Shown in pieces: positions 1-10,125 of a stretch of 53,240 nt of DNA. Below the pieces are notes generated by a model. It saw nothing but the letters and a program-made list of their open reading frames with translations, ran no database searches and was not told the origin of the DNA. The translations under genes were made by a program, and so were the position numbers. Numbering within the stretch: the stretch's first letter is position 1; each line of letters begins with the position of its first letter. The DNA lies in the IMG/VR virus record IMGVR_UViG_3300046167_000167, positions 1 through 53,240 of that record; one strand, written 5' to 3'. This DNA is from a virus. Its lineage: Duplodnaviria > Caudoviricetes.

Positions 1-2036
1 TTGGACTAGTGCCGGGTGCGGGTGACGCAGCACAAAAAGCAATCATGCAAGGTACAAAAATGATGGCCGAAAGAAGTGGCCAACTTGCTGGAGAGCTAAC
101 AGGCACTGCTAGAGCAATACGGGACGGCGACTTAGAATTTATTAGGGGTAGAGGTAATCCTGAAAACAGCCAAGGTGTAGGCGCTGATGTTGCTCGAAAA
201 GATCCGTCCAAAGCTAAGATGGATGAACTAGACCCGATACGTCAAAATAGTTCTAAAGGCTTTTATAAAACTAAAGCCCCTAACTATGTAGAAGACATTG
301 AAGTAGATGTAGAAGATCAAGGACTTCTAGTACCTGAAAAGTCTTTATCTATAGACGATTTAGAAAACACCGATCTAATTCCTCTTATTGCAGACAGAAC
401 TGCGGCGGGTAAAACCTTAAAGGGTGTTCAAGGCGGTGCTAAAGATTATAAATTTGAAAACCCGGTAGATCTGCAAGGTGGCCGAGGCTTCATGCGTTAT
501 CCCGATACTGGGGCGTTTGCCTCAATGCCTAATGTAATGGGGGAACAAGCTCAGTTAGCAAAACGAGTAGCCGAGGGTGGCGGTGACCCTAGATTAGTGC
601 ATATGTCCATGTCTGCCGAAGGCGGTGATTTTAGCACCATGATGAGCGATACCGTCATGGAGATGATGGATCAATCGGACATCTCTGCGAAAGATGTCAA
701 AGCTTTTGATAGTTGGGTTAAAGCTAATGTAGACGCAGATTTCCCCGGCATCCGTAGTGCGAATGCAAAAGATTATTTAGCTACACAAGTACCCGGCACT
801 CGACGCCAGCTAATGTGGAAGAAGTTAGATGGCCCTGAATTTAAGAATAAAGGCTTTCCCGTAATGGGAGATGCAAGGGTAGCAATAACAGACCCACGGC
901 TGCTTTCTTCACCTTCAATGCAAGGCTCCTCTGTTACCAAAGTAGATACCTCTGGTAACCTAATTACTGGCCCCGTCCGTCAGCATAAGACCTACTCATC
1001 ACAAGTTGGCCCTACTGGAGCAGATGGATATGTGGGAGAACTTGATGCTGTACCCTACGAGATATTAATGCGGGACTTCTTTGAGCAACGCCGCGCCGCT
1101 GGAACAAAGGCAGGCTCTGATCAGCGTTCTCTACAGATGAACAGTACCTTCAGTCAGCCTGTTGATGCTCAGATGGTTGAGGAGGTTAATCGCTATTTAG
1201 AAATTCAAGATTTGGCAGAGAGAGATGCCTATCGAAGAAACATCTCAGATATGCGTCAGGATCGCACACAATATAATCTTGGACACAACGGTGGTCCGCC
1301 CATAAACGATCCACCCGTGATAACTCAAATGTCAGATGCCTTTGCAGAACCTCTAGAGATTGGTATCAATTCGGCGGCTAAAGACGGAGCCTTGTTAAAG
1401 TCTTACACAAGCGAAGACTTACAAATGCTGGATCAACTGGCTGAAGGAGCTACGGCAGGGACACGCAAAGCAGATGCATTGATTAATTCTCCAGTAGAAC
1501 CGGGTACAAAAGTAGGAATACGTCTGAACCTAAATTCTAACATACCAGATGCTCTGCCGGGTATGAATAAATTACAGACATTACATAAGAATAATTACAA
1601 CGGTCAGGCTCTGTCTTATCAGACTACTGCTACCGTAGAAAATGTTAAATTCAATGTAAGTCAGTCAGGTAGAGCGGGTATTGCAGCTAAAAAATATGCG
1701 CCTACTACTCCAGAAGCTAAGAGTAAATTTCCTGCTATGTCCGTCGATGGTAACTATGTTGCCGATAGAAATATTTTAAATGAAATGGACAATACTGTAG
1801 TAGAGATAGGTACTAATCCAATGAACCTCCATCTATTTATAGATATGGCTACAGGTCAGGCTGTAGAGAGTGCAGAGATAGCAACAGTTATTGGGGACAG
1901 AGCTTACGCTAAGGGAGTTAAGTACATGAAGAAAGCAGACGCTCCTGCACCTAAAAAAGCTTCTGATGGTACAGAACTACCTAGTGAAGTTCGCTATAAG
2001 ATGAATAAGGGAGGTTTAGTTACGGCTCTACATTAA
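1..2036 (+). CDS. C-terminal part of the large multi-domain protein starting at 52949 (putative virion or injected protein)
   Basis: 675-aa ORF in frame with the ORF at the window end; contains GHNGGPP and ends in MNKGGLVTALH; lies downstream of the portal. Confidence 0.8.
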   Translation, partial: GLVPGAGDAAQKAIMQGTKMMAERSGQLAGELTGTARAIRDGDLEFIRGRGNPENSQGVGADVARKDPSKAKMDELDPIRQNSSKGFYKTKAPNYVEDIEVDVEDQGLLVPEKSLSIDDLENTDLIPLIADRTAAGKTLKGVQGGAKDYKFENPVDLQGGRGFMRYPDTGAFASMPNVMGEQAQLAKRVAEGGGDPRLVHMSMSAEGGDFSTMMSDTVMEMMDQSDISAKDVKAFDSWVKANVDADFPGIRSANAKDYLATQVPGTRRQLMWKKLDGPEFKNKGFPVMGDARVAITDPRLLSSPSMQGSSVTKVDTSGNLITGPVRQHKTYSSQVGPTGADGYVGELDAVPYEILMRDFFEQRRAAGTKAGSDQRSLQMNSTFSQPVDAQMVEEVNRYLEIQDLAERDAYRRNISDMRQDRTQYNLGHNGGPPINDPPVITQMSDAFAEPLEIGINSAAKDGALLKSYTSEDLQMLDQLAEGATAGTRKADALINSPVEPGTKVGIRLNLNSNIPDALPGMNKLQTLHKNNYNGQALSYQTTATVENVKFNVSQSGRAGIAAKKYAPTTPEAKSKFPAMSVDGNYVADRNILNEMDNTVVEIGTNPMNLHLFIDMATGQAVESAEIATVIGDRAYAKGVKYMKKADAPAPKKASDGTELPSEVRYKMNKGGLVTALH

Positions 2037-2229
2037 GACCGTAATCATAGAACCTTTTCTTTCCTGTTGGGTTAGTACCTAACGCATTGTCCAGCATCTT
2101 TTCTATTAATTCTATTTGAATTTCAGATTTAGAATTTACCGAAGTTCCATTTGGTAATGCATATTTAACTGCCTTATAGATCTCATCTATTAGACGCTCT
2201 TTATTTTCAATATCCAATTCATCACTCAT
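2020..2229 (-). CDS. small AT-rich hypothetical protein, opposite strand to the structural operon
   Basis: 69-aa ORF filling the gap between two + genes; 3' end overlaps the preceding gene's 3' end by 17 nt. Confidence 0.55.
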   Translation of the reverse strand: MSDELDIENKERLIDEIYKAVKYALPNGTSVNSKSEIQIELIEKMLDNALGTNPTGKKRFYDYGLNVEP

Positions 2230-2274
2230 AACACTTAATTACTACACTAATTAATATCCTGCAAGGAATTTATT

Positions 2275-3465
2275 ATGGACTTAGAGCCAAAGAAAGTAGC
2301 TGGGGTTACTACCCGTAACGGTAAGCCTGTTTGGACGAATGCAGAGAACAAAGAACCGTACTCTGAGAAATCATCATCTTTTAATTACGGTGATGCAATA
2401 TTGGTTACTCCCACAATCGACCCCACTAACGGCAAGCCTTACGACTTAAAACAACTCTTTGACTATTATGATCAAAATGGCCCCTATGATATGTACACGG
2501 GCGAGAAGCTGCCCATGTTTGAAGATGAGCCTACGGCTACAGCGTATTCAAAGTGGCGCTCCCAAAACCTCTTTAACACTGACCTCACAGAGCAACAGTT
2601 CTACACGGGTGAGAGCGATATGTACTCACCGCAAGACGGCTCCGACATTACGGTTAAAGACCGAATTAAAGACGCAATGTTCCACGCCGGGGACATTAAA
2701 GATGACGTAGTAGGTTTCTTTAGTGGCGATGCCCAAGAGTACGCACTTGGTGGCCTAGCTACAGCCAACAAAGGGATAACCACACAAGAGGGTAAAGATA
2801 TGGCTGATAAGAAGTTTCAACTTGATAAGAAGAAGGCCGACACAGACAAGGACGGTAAACTTAGCAAGTACGAGGAAGTCCGAGGCGAAGCCATCCAGAA
2901 GGCTATGGATAATGATGAGATCGTGGAGATGTACCACGGCGGCATGGCCTGCGGATGCGGAGGAGACTGTGACGGCTCCTGTGATGGCAGTATGATGGAC
3001 GGCATTATGGGATACGACGATGTGTCTGGCAATCCTATTCCAGTAGGCTCCCACGCTGAGAACGTGCGTGATGACATCGATGCAAAGCTAAGTACTGATG
3101 AGTATGTATTACCTGCCCATGTAGTTAAATGGCACGGCCTGAAGCATATTCAAATGATGCAGTCAGAGGCTGAGATGGGTCTTATGTCTATGCAAATGGA
3201 TGGCCTAATTCAACACGCAGGCGACGAAGAAGCTGAAGATACAGCACCCTGCCCTGAGTGTGACGGCTCTGGATGTGAACACTGCGAAGGTAAAGGTTAC
3301 CACGAAGCAGACGAAGATGTGCCATCTGAAGAGATGGACATAGAGGAAGCTACTGTAGAGGTAGACAACCTTTTAGACGATGAAGAAGAGACTGAAGAGC
3401 CAGTTTCTACAACATCAAAACTCCCCGGAATGCTTAAAAAACAGAAATTTGCATTCATAATTTAA
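2275..3465 (+). CDS. head-assembly-region acidic mosaic protein (xxGG motifs, EF-hand-like loop, CxxCxGxG pair)
   Basis: 396 aa; RBS AAGGA; motifs YALGGL, DTDKDGKLSKYE, MYHGGM, DDIDAKLSTDEYVLPAHVV, CPECDGSGCEHCEGKG. Confidence 0.75.
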   Translation: MDLEPKKVAGVTTRNGKPVWTNAENKEPYSEKSSSFNYGDAILVTPTIDPTNGKPYDLKQLFDYYDQNGPYDMYTGEKLPMFEDEPTATAYSKWRSQNLFNTDLTEQQFYTGESDMYSPQDGSDITVKDRIKDAMFHAGDIKDDVVGFFSGDAQEYALGGLATANKGITTQEGKDMADKKFQLDKKKADTDKDGKLSKYEEVRGEAIQKAMDNDEIVEMYHGGMACGCGGDCDGSCDGSMMDGIMGYDDVSGNPIPVGSHAENVRDDIDAKLSTDEYVLPAHVVKWHGLKHIQMMQSEAEMGLMSMQMDGLIQHAGDEEAEDTAPCPECDGSGCEHCEGKGYHEADEDVPSEEMDIEEATVEVDNLLDDEEETEEPVSTTSKLPGMLKKQKFAFII

Positions 3466-3504
3466 GTGGATACCCGAATATTATCGGACCCATAAGGAAA
3501 CCCT

Positions 3505-4278
3505 ATGTTAAAAGAAAAGTATACTCGCGCCCCAGAGGCGGACGATGAATTGACCTACAGCGAAGAAATGGCGCAGCAATCCCCACAGTCCGTGGAGCAA
3601 TTAAGTGCTGAAGAAGAAAGCTACAAGAAACGCTATCAAGATATTCAACGGCACATTCAAACCGTGCGAGATCAGAAGGATCAAGAATTAAACGCAGTCA
3701 AGAAACAACTAGATGCAGCCACCCGGCAGCAAATTAGGTTTCCAAAGACTGACGAAGAGGTAGAGGCTTGGTCAAATCGCTATCCCGATGTGGCTAAGAT
3801 TGTTGATACCATTGCCCGCAAACGTGCCAACGAAGCACTAGAACAGGGCGAACAGCGACTAAAGAAAGTAGAAAACTTTGAGCGCAGCCTGCATAAAAAG
3901 ACGGCAGAGCAACAGCTAGTTCAATTGCATCCAGACTTTGCCCAGATACGGCAAGATCCAAAGTTCCATGAGTGGGTATCTATGCAGCCCTCTGCAATGC
4001 AAGACAGCGTCTACAAGAATAATACGGACGCCACTTGGGCCTCTCGTACTATTGATCTGTACAAAGCAGATATGGGAAAGCGGAAGACTAATAAGTCGGC
4101 AGCTCAAGCAGTCGGTCGAACTTCGTCTTCGGCTCCCACTATAGGCGGCAAGGCCTCATTCTCTGAGAGTATGGTTCAGGCAATGTCAGACCGTGAATAC
4201 GAAGCAAATGAAGAAGCTATTAACGCCGCAATTTCAGCGGGTACTTTTTCATATGACATTTCCGGCGCTGCACGATAA
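3505..4278 (+). CDS. putative capsid scaffolding protein
   Basis: 257 aa, coiled-coil rich, immediately upstream of the major capsid gene; C-terminal 'MSDREYEANEEAINAAISAG' scaffold-type helix. Confidence 0.75.
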   Translation: MLKEKYTRAPEADDELTYSEEMAQQSPQSVEQLSAEEESYKKRYQDIQRHIQTVRDQKDQELNAVKKQLDAATRQQIRFPKTDEEVEAWSNRYPDVAKIVDTIARKRANEALEQGEQRLKKVENFERSLHKKTAEQQLVQLHPDFAQIRQDPKFHEWVSMQPSAMQDSVYKNNTDATWASRTIDLYKADMGKRKTNKSAAQAVGRTSSSAPTIGGKASFSESMVQAMSDREYEANEEAINAAISAGTFSYDISGAAR

Positions 4279-4300
4279 CACCTAACTAAGCAATTAACTA

Positions 4301-4329
4301 TTGCAGTAATTAAATCTCTGTGTTATAAT
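4301..4329 (+). promoter_or_regulatory. sigma70-type promoter for the major capsid gene
   Basis: TTGCAG-17 nt-TATAAT with an extended -10 (TGnTATAAT). Confidence 0.7.
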
Positions 4330-4596
4330 GAAACCATTGATTTTAAGGCGTAGGACACTCATTAAGTACACCCTACGCCAAACCCTCCAGATAATAGTAA
4401 TAGGTCCACCAGCAAGTTTTGACCCGCTTTGGCGATACTCTTAATGCCCTGACACCGATGTTACATTGTCTGTTATAGCTGCTTCTATTTTCAATTTATA
4501 AACACTTTGTTGGGCGTCATTATCGCCAACTAATAATACAAGTCAATTGATTTTTAGAAGTTCATTTCAAGCCATTTCATTCAAGGAGCATCCAAA

Positions 4597-5655
4597 ATGG
4601 CATTTCCAAAGGCATCAGGTTATACTAACCTCAATTCGGGCAATTTCAGCCCAGTAATTTATTCCAAAAAAGTTCAGAAGGCACTCCGCAAGGCATCTGT
4701 CGTAGAGTCGGTGACCAACACCGATTATTCGGGAGAGATCGCCAACTTTGGAGATAGTGTTAAAATTATCAAAGAACCTGATATCACTATCACAACCTAT
4801 GAGCGCGGCACTCAACTGGCAACACAAGATTTGACAGACGCCGATTTCACTATGGTTGTCGATCAAGCTAACTACTTCCAGTTCGCTATCGATGATATTG
4901 AGGAGGCCCACAGTCACGTCAGCTTCGGCGATTTGGCCTCAGATCGTGCTGGTTACCGTCTGCGTGATACCTTTGACGCAGAAGTAATGGGCTACTTGTC
5001 CGGCTGGAAGACACCCGGTTCATGGGCGCGTCGTTCAGCATCTGGCGACATCAACGGCACTAAGGCAGACACTAACGCCGGAAATGATGAAATGCTGGCA
5101 GCTAACAAGCTGGATATTACAACATTCGGTGGCAGTGACCTTGGCGTAGATGGCGAAGTAACATCCATTCCAATCGCCGCTGGCGGTGGTGCTGGTGGTA
5201 TCACTTCTCCATTGGCAATCCTGAACCGTATTGCACGGCAAATGGATCAAGCCAACGTAGACACAGATGGCCGCTGGGTAGTAATCGACCCAGTATTTGC
5301 TGAAGTGTTGATGGATGAGTCAAGCAAACTGATCAACGCAGACTTCGGTGGCGGTGATGAGCTTCGCAATGGCCGTCTGCCGGGTACTCTTCGTGGGTTC
5401 TCAATCTACAAGTCCAATAACCTTCCATACCTTGGCACTGGTGCTGGTACAGCCGCTTCTGCGGGTTCCGAAACCAACTTTGGTGTGATGGTTGCTGGTC
5501 ACGCATCTGCGGTAGCTACGGCTCAACAGATTGCTAAGACTGAGACTTTCCGCTCACCAACAACATTCGCGGACATCGTGCGCGGCATGAGCCTCTATGG
5601 ACGCAAGATCCTTCGCCCAGAGGCGTTGTTCACAGCGAACTATAACCTCGCATAA
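4597..5655 (+). CDS. major capsid protein
   Basis: 352 aa; NFSPVIYSKKV...NTDYSGEIANFGDSVKI and FADIVRGMSLYGRKILRPEAL are typical podovirus capsid motifs; strong RBS AAGGAG; terminator follows. Confidence 0.92.
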   Translation: MAFPKASGYTNLNSGNFSPVIYSKKVQKALRKASVVESVTNTDYSGEIANFGDSVKIIKEPDITITTYERGTQLATQDLTDADFTMVVDQANYFQFAIDDIEEAHSHVSFGDLASDRAGYRLRDTFDAEVMGYLSGWKTPGSWARRSASGDINGTKADTNAGNDEMLAANKLDITTFGGSDLGVDGEVTSIPIAAGGGAGGITSPLAILNRIARQMDQANVDTDGRWVVIDPVFAEVLMDESSKLINADFGGGDELRNGRLPGTLRGFSIYKSNNLPYLGTGAGTAASAGSETNFGVMVAGHASAVATAQQIAKTETFRSPTTFADIVRGMSLYGRKILRPEALFTANYNLA

Positions 5656-5661
5656 AACTTT

Positions 5662-5700
5662 TAGGGGCTGGCTTAGTGCTGGCCCCTTACCTCTTTTTTT
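5662..5700 (+). terminator. intrinsic terminator after the capsid gene
   Basis: AGGGGCTGGC..GCTGGCCCCT hairpin followed shortly by a T-run. Confidence 0.65.
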
Positions 5701-5711
5701 AAGGTAGCTCT

Positions 5712-6401
5712 ATGCCATCTACTTATATTGATCTTTGTAACCAGACCCTACGCCGCCTCAATGAGGTGGAGATTGCTGAAGCTGACTTCGGATCAGTTCG
5801 AGGTGTGCAGGCGCTTGTTAAAGATGCCGTAAAGGCTTCTGTAGCGAAGATAAATCAAGCAGAGTTTGGCTGGCCCTTTAATGCGGCAGAACAGACCGAC
5901 ACTTTAATCGTAGGGCAGACAGAATATTCTTGGCCACAATACTTTAAAGTAGTTGATTGGAACAGCTTTCAAATCCAAGCCGACGATAATTTACGCACAG
6001 GCTTTAAGACATTAAAATTCATAGAACAGGACGAATGGTATTCGGACTACCGGGACGATGACTATACCGCAGGCGCATCTGGTCGGGATATCCCAGAGTT
6101 TGTATTCCCCTCCCACGGCAATGGGTATGGCGTAAGCCCCTCACCCAACCGGGCGTTCACAATAAAGTTTAGATACTTTTTGAACTACACTGACATCAAT
6201 AACGCAACAGATGTCACCCGCATCCCAGAAAGCTATGATACCGTCCTGATCGATGGGGCGCTTTATCATTTGTATATGTTCAAGGACAACGTGGAAGCCG
6301 CACAGGTAGCGTATATCGCCTTCGAGAAGGGCATCAAAGACCTTCAAACATTATATATTAATAACAATGTCTCCATTAGAGACACTAGGATTAAATTCTA
6401 G
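5712..6401 (+). CDS. tail tubular protein A / head-tail adaptor
   Basis: 229 aa beginning MPSTYIDLCNQTLRRLNE; position after capsid; WPFN motif. Confidence 0.75.
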   Translation: MPSTYIDLCNQTLRRLNEVEIAEADFGSVRGVQALVKDAVKASVAKINQAEFGWPFNAAEQTDTLIVGQTEYSWPQYFKVVDWNSFQIQADDNLRTGFKTLKFIEQDEWYSDYRDDDYTAGASGRDIPEFVFPSHGNGYGVSPSPNRAFTIKFRYFLNYTDINNATDVTRIPESYDTVLIDGALYHLYMFKDNVEAAQVAYIAFEKGIKDLQTLYINNNVSIRDTRIKF

Positions 6402-8066
6402 ATGCCAGATCAAATACAATCCTTCAAATTAGTTTGTAGTGGCGGTCTGAATAGTAACGAAAATCATTTAGATCTTTCGGATAATAGCCCCGGCTCTGCC
6501 ACACGACTTGTTAACTACGAACCGGGCCTCTTTGGGGGCTATCGTCGTATTGAAGGCTACTCACAATTTGATAGCGACTACGGCGAAGTGACGGTTGATG
6601 GACAGACCACAGGACAGGGCAAGGTCTTAGGTCTAGCTATATTTAAAGAAGACGTAACGAATACCACTAAGATCATTGCCGCCCGTCAGGATGCTGGAGC
6701 TAATACTTACAGCTTTTACTTTTACACCGCATCAATCGGCTGGCGGAAGTACACACTAGATCACTCAGTATCTCGCCCGATGACCTTAAACGGCCTGACC
6801 GTAGATAAGCTTCGCCACGCTACTTTTAACTTTGGCACAGGTAACCACATCGTCTTCGTAGACGGCGTAAATCCTGCCATAGTATTTAACGGAGCTTACT
6901 GGAAAGAGATTAAGTCTTCCCATGCTGGTGGATACGATGCGGCAAACAATACTGCGGGTGGCCCACAGGCGCTGAATGCCCCTGCTTTGGTAGATGTCTT
7001 TGAGAACCATGTGTTCTTGTCAGGCCACGAAGCTACCGCAGCGGCAGTAGCACATAGCGCACCTAATGATCCGTATACTTGGACTACGGCGGCGGGTGCG
7101 GGACAACTGGCTTCTGGCTTTGATGTAGTACAGATTAAACCGTTTAGGGATGACTTATTCGTCTTCGGCGGCAACTCAATCAAAAAGATTGGAGTAGATG
7201 GCTCTGGTAACTTTACTCTAGCACAGGTCACCGCAAACGTAGGCTGCGTAGCAAGAGACAGTGTACTGGAAATTGGCGGGGATCTGATGTTCCTCGCACC
7301 TGATGGCTTCAGACCTTGCGCCTCAACTTCTCGCATTGGCGATGTGGAGCTTGAAACATTAAGTAAGCCAATACAGGCTACATTAGTCGATATCATAAAA
7401 AACGAAGACATGACCACACTGAATGGCGTTGTCATTAGGTCAAAGTCGCAAGTCAGATATTTTATCGGTGACGGCGGGGTTTTGGCGGGAGATAGTCTTG
7501 GTATTATCGGTGGATTAACTAATAGCTCTGGTTCGATTGGCTGGGAGTTTGGGGAACTTTTAGGTATTCGAGCTTCGTGCTGTACTAGCGGATACATTGG
7601 AACCGCAGAATTCGTATTGCACGGTGATTATGACGGCAAAGTATACAAGCAAGAAGATGGTATAAGCTTTAATGGCGAAGATATCGTAAGCATTTACGCT
7701 ACACCTTATTTAGATTTTGGTGAGACAGAACAACGCAAAATAATGCGAAAGATAAATACATTCATTCGGGCAGAAGGCCCGTTAGAAATGTTACTTTCCA
7801 TGACCTACGATTGGGGTGATGGGGCTGTTTCAACGCCATCCACATACTCACAGACATCTTCAGGAGCGCCTACCCAATACGATGGTAGGAACATTAATTA
7901 TGCTGCCACAAACGTACTGTATGGCGGCTCATCTAAACCAATTATGACCAGTGACATTCAGGGATCAGGATTTTCTGCACAGGCTACTTTTGTGACGGTA
8001 GGTCAGACAGAGTCATTCAGCATCCAAGGTATGGTCTTTGAATTTACTGCGGCAGGGAGAAGATAG
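6402..8066 (+). CDS. tail tubular protein B / nozzle (stabilisation protein)
   Basis: 554-aa beta-rich protein after the adaptor; GGLN start and VGCVARDSV motif typical of this family. Confidence 0.75.
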   Translation: MPDQIQSFKLVCSGGLNSNENHLDLSDNSPGSATRLVNYEPGLFGGYRRIEGYSQFDSDYGEVTVDGQTTGQGKVLGLAIFKEDVTNTTKIIAARQDAGANTYSFYFYTASIGWRKYTLDHSVSRPMTLNGLTVDKLRHATFNFGTGNHIVFVDGVNPAIVFNGAYWKEIKSSHAGGYDAANNTAGGPQALNAPALVDVFENHVFLSGHEATAAAVAHSAPNDPYTWTTAAGAGQLASGFDVVQIKPFRDDLFVFGGNSIKKIGVDGSGNFTLAQVTANVGCVARDSVLEIGGDLMFLAPDGFRPCASTSRIGDVELETLSKPIQATLVDIIKNEDMTTLNGVVIRSKSQVRYFIGDGGVLAGDSLGIIGGLTNSSGSIGWEFGELLGIRASCCTSGYIGTAEFVLHGDYDGKVYKQEDGISFNGEDIVSIYATPYLDFGETEQRKIMRKINTFIRAEGPLEMLLSMTYDWGDGAVSTPSTYSQTSSGAPTQYDGRNINYAATNVLYGGSSKPIMTSDIQGSGFSAQATFVTVGQTESFSIQGMVFEFTAAGRR

Positions 8067-8069
8067 ACT

Positions 8070-10124
8070 ATGGCAGGTTACACACGGCAGTCTCAAGGCA
8101 CTATAATTAATGGGTCGCCTATTACTGCACCTCCCCTTAATTCTGAGTTTAATCAGGTAGCTGATGCATTTCATGGCACAACTGGTCATGGACATACTGG
8201 CGCTACAGGTGATGCTCCTAAAATACCTCTAGCGACATCTGTTTCTGGCTTTTTGCCAGCCGTACATGGTGGCGTAGGTGGCCTAAATAAAATGGACGCC
8301 ACATCCGCCCCTATAGCCACCAACGATATCTCTCAGGGCTATGTAGTAGGCTCCATGTGGCAGAATACTGCAACAGGTCGAACATATATCTGTATCGTTA
8401 ATTCTTCTAACGCAGCGGTCTGGCAAGAGCTAATTAAAGTATCTAATGGTAATGCAATAATTCCAGCCGCTAACGACACTATCGATCTGGGAAATACTTC
8501 TACGCGCTTTCAAGACTTGTTTCTGAGCGGAGGAATTGCGGCGGCTACAAACGTGGCTGTTGGCGGTACTCTAAACGTCACTGGAACCACCACAGTCGGT
8601 ACAATAAATGGTACAACTGCAACTGTAAGTGGACTAACTACACTAAACCAAGTTGATGCTAACAGTGGTACGATTGATGGCACGGTTATCGGCGGCAATA
8701 CAGCCAGCCCAATCACTGGTACGACAATCACCTCTACTAACGGATTCACGGGCGATATTACTGGTGATGTCACTGGTAACGTAACGGCTGCGTCTGGTAC
8801 TTCTAGCTTCACCAACATTAGTGCATCAGGCACTATTACTGGGGCAGTCTCTGGCGATGTCTCTGGTAACTTAACCTCTTCAGGTACATCTACGTTTAAC
8901 AACGTAACAATCTCAGGCACACTGAATATGGATGGCGGTACAACTGCTACCATCCAGAACCTAACTGATCCAACTAACCCACAGGACGCCGCCACACGCA
9001 ACTATGTGGAAACCCGTATCGCTGATGTGATTGATGTGGCACCCGCAGCCTTAGACACCTTGAATGAGATTGCGGCTTCACTGGCAGATGATGCTAACTT
9101 CGCAGGGACTATGACTACTGCCCTAGCGGGTAAGGTAAACGACACTGGCGATACCATGACGGGCAACCTGATTATGTCCGGCGCTACGGTCACAGGTCTA
9201 CCTCTACCAACGGCAATTACTGAGGCGGCAAGTAAACAGTATGCCGACCAGCAAGATGCCCTACAGGTATCACGGTCTGGTGATAGTATGTCAGGCCAAT
9301 TGGCTATGGGCCTCAACAAGATCGTTAACTTGGGTGCGCCGACTTCTAGCACTGATGCAAGTTCGAAAGGCTATGTGGACGGCATCCTCGGTTCTGCTAC
9401 AGCGGCTTCTGCTTCGGCAGCGGCGGCAGCTACATCTGAGGCCAATGCTGCGGTATCGGAAGCTAACGCACTTGCTTCTCAGAACTTAGCACAAGATTGG
9501 GCAGTCAAGACAAACGGCACCGTTGATGGCAGTGACTATTCTGCAAAATATTGGGCCACACAGGCTGACGTAGGAACAGTTGCGACCAACATAGGTTCGA
9601 TAAACACAACAGCCGCTTCAATAGCTAACGTCAATCTTACTGGCGGATCAATCGCAGCGGTTAATACTGTGGCGAACAACATCAACAGCGTTAATGACTT
9701 CTTTGATACATACTTTGTTGGAGCCAACCAGCCCACAAGTTCAAATGTAACAGAAGGCGATTTGTGGTTCGATACAACCGCCCAAATTTTAAAAGTCAGA
9801 TCAGCAAGTGGATTTCAAAGTGCTGGTTCGTCGGTAAACGGCACGGCTGACCGTGAAGAATACACAGCTACAGCTAATCAATCATCATTCGCAGCTACAT
9901 ATGACCCAACCTACTGTGATGTATACCTAAATGGTATTAAATTAGCACCTTCAGACTTTACCGCAACAGATGGAGCCAACGTGGTCTTGGCCTCACCAGC
10001 GGCAGCGGGAGATAGCGTTTCTATCGTTAGCTTCGGCACCTTTGAATTGGCAGACCACTACAACAAAACAACAGTCGATGCACTCATCGATGATGTCGAA
10101 ACTCTAGCATTGGCAGGAATATAG
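8070..10124 (+). CDS. tail fibre protein
   Basis: 684 aa; N-terminal MAGYTRQS..LNSEFNQ attachment region; Thr/Gly-rich repeats; DAATRNYV and APAALDTLNEIAASL fibre motifs. Confidence 0.85.
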   Translation: MAGYTRQSQGTIINGSPITAPPLNSEFNQVADAFHGTTGHGHTGATGDAPKIPLATSVSGFLPAVHGGVGGLNKMDATSAPIATNDISQGYVVGSMWQNTATGRTYICIVNSSNAAVWQELIKVSNGNAIIPAANDTIDLGNTSTRFQDLFLSGGIAAATNVAVGGTLNVTGTTTVGTINGTTATVSGLTTLNQVDANSGTIDGTVIGGNTASPITGTTITSTNGFTGDITGDVTGNVTAASGTSSFTNISASGTITGAVSGDVSGNLTSSGTSTFNNVTISGTLNMDGGTTATIQNLTDPTNPQDAATRNYVETRIADVIDVAPAALDTLNEIAASLADDANFAGTMTTALAGKVNDTGDTMTGNLIMSGATVTGLPLPTAITEAASKQYADQQDALQVSRSGDSMSGQLAMGLNKIVNLGAPTSSTDASSKGYVDGILGSATAASASAAAAATSEANAAVSEANALASQNLAQDWAVKTNGTVDGSDYSAKYWATQADVGTVATNIGSINTTAASIANVNLTGGSIAAVNTVANNINSVNDFFDTYFVGANQPTSSNVTEGDLWFDTTAQILKVRSASGFQSAGSSVNGTADREEYTATANQSSFAATYDPTYCDVYLNGIKLAPSDFTATDGANVVLASPAAAGDSVSIVSFGTFELADHYNKTTVDALIDDVETLALAGI

Positions 10125-10125
10125 C

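Noticed and set aside
6896-7597. Long antisense ORFs (this 233-aa one, also 8510-9001, 25468-25929, 27578-28021)
   Set aside because: They lie opposite well-supported genes and have no recognisable motifs; treated as shadow ORFs.
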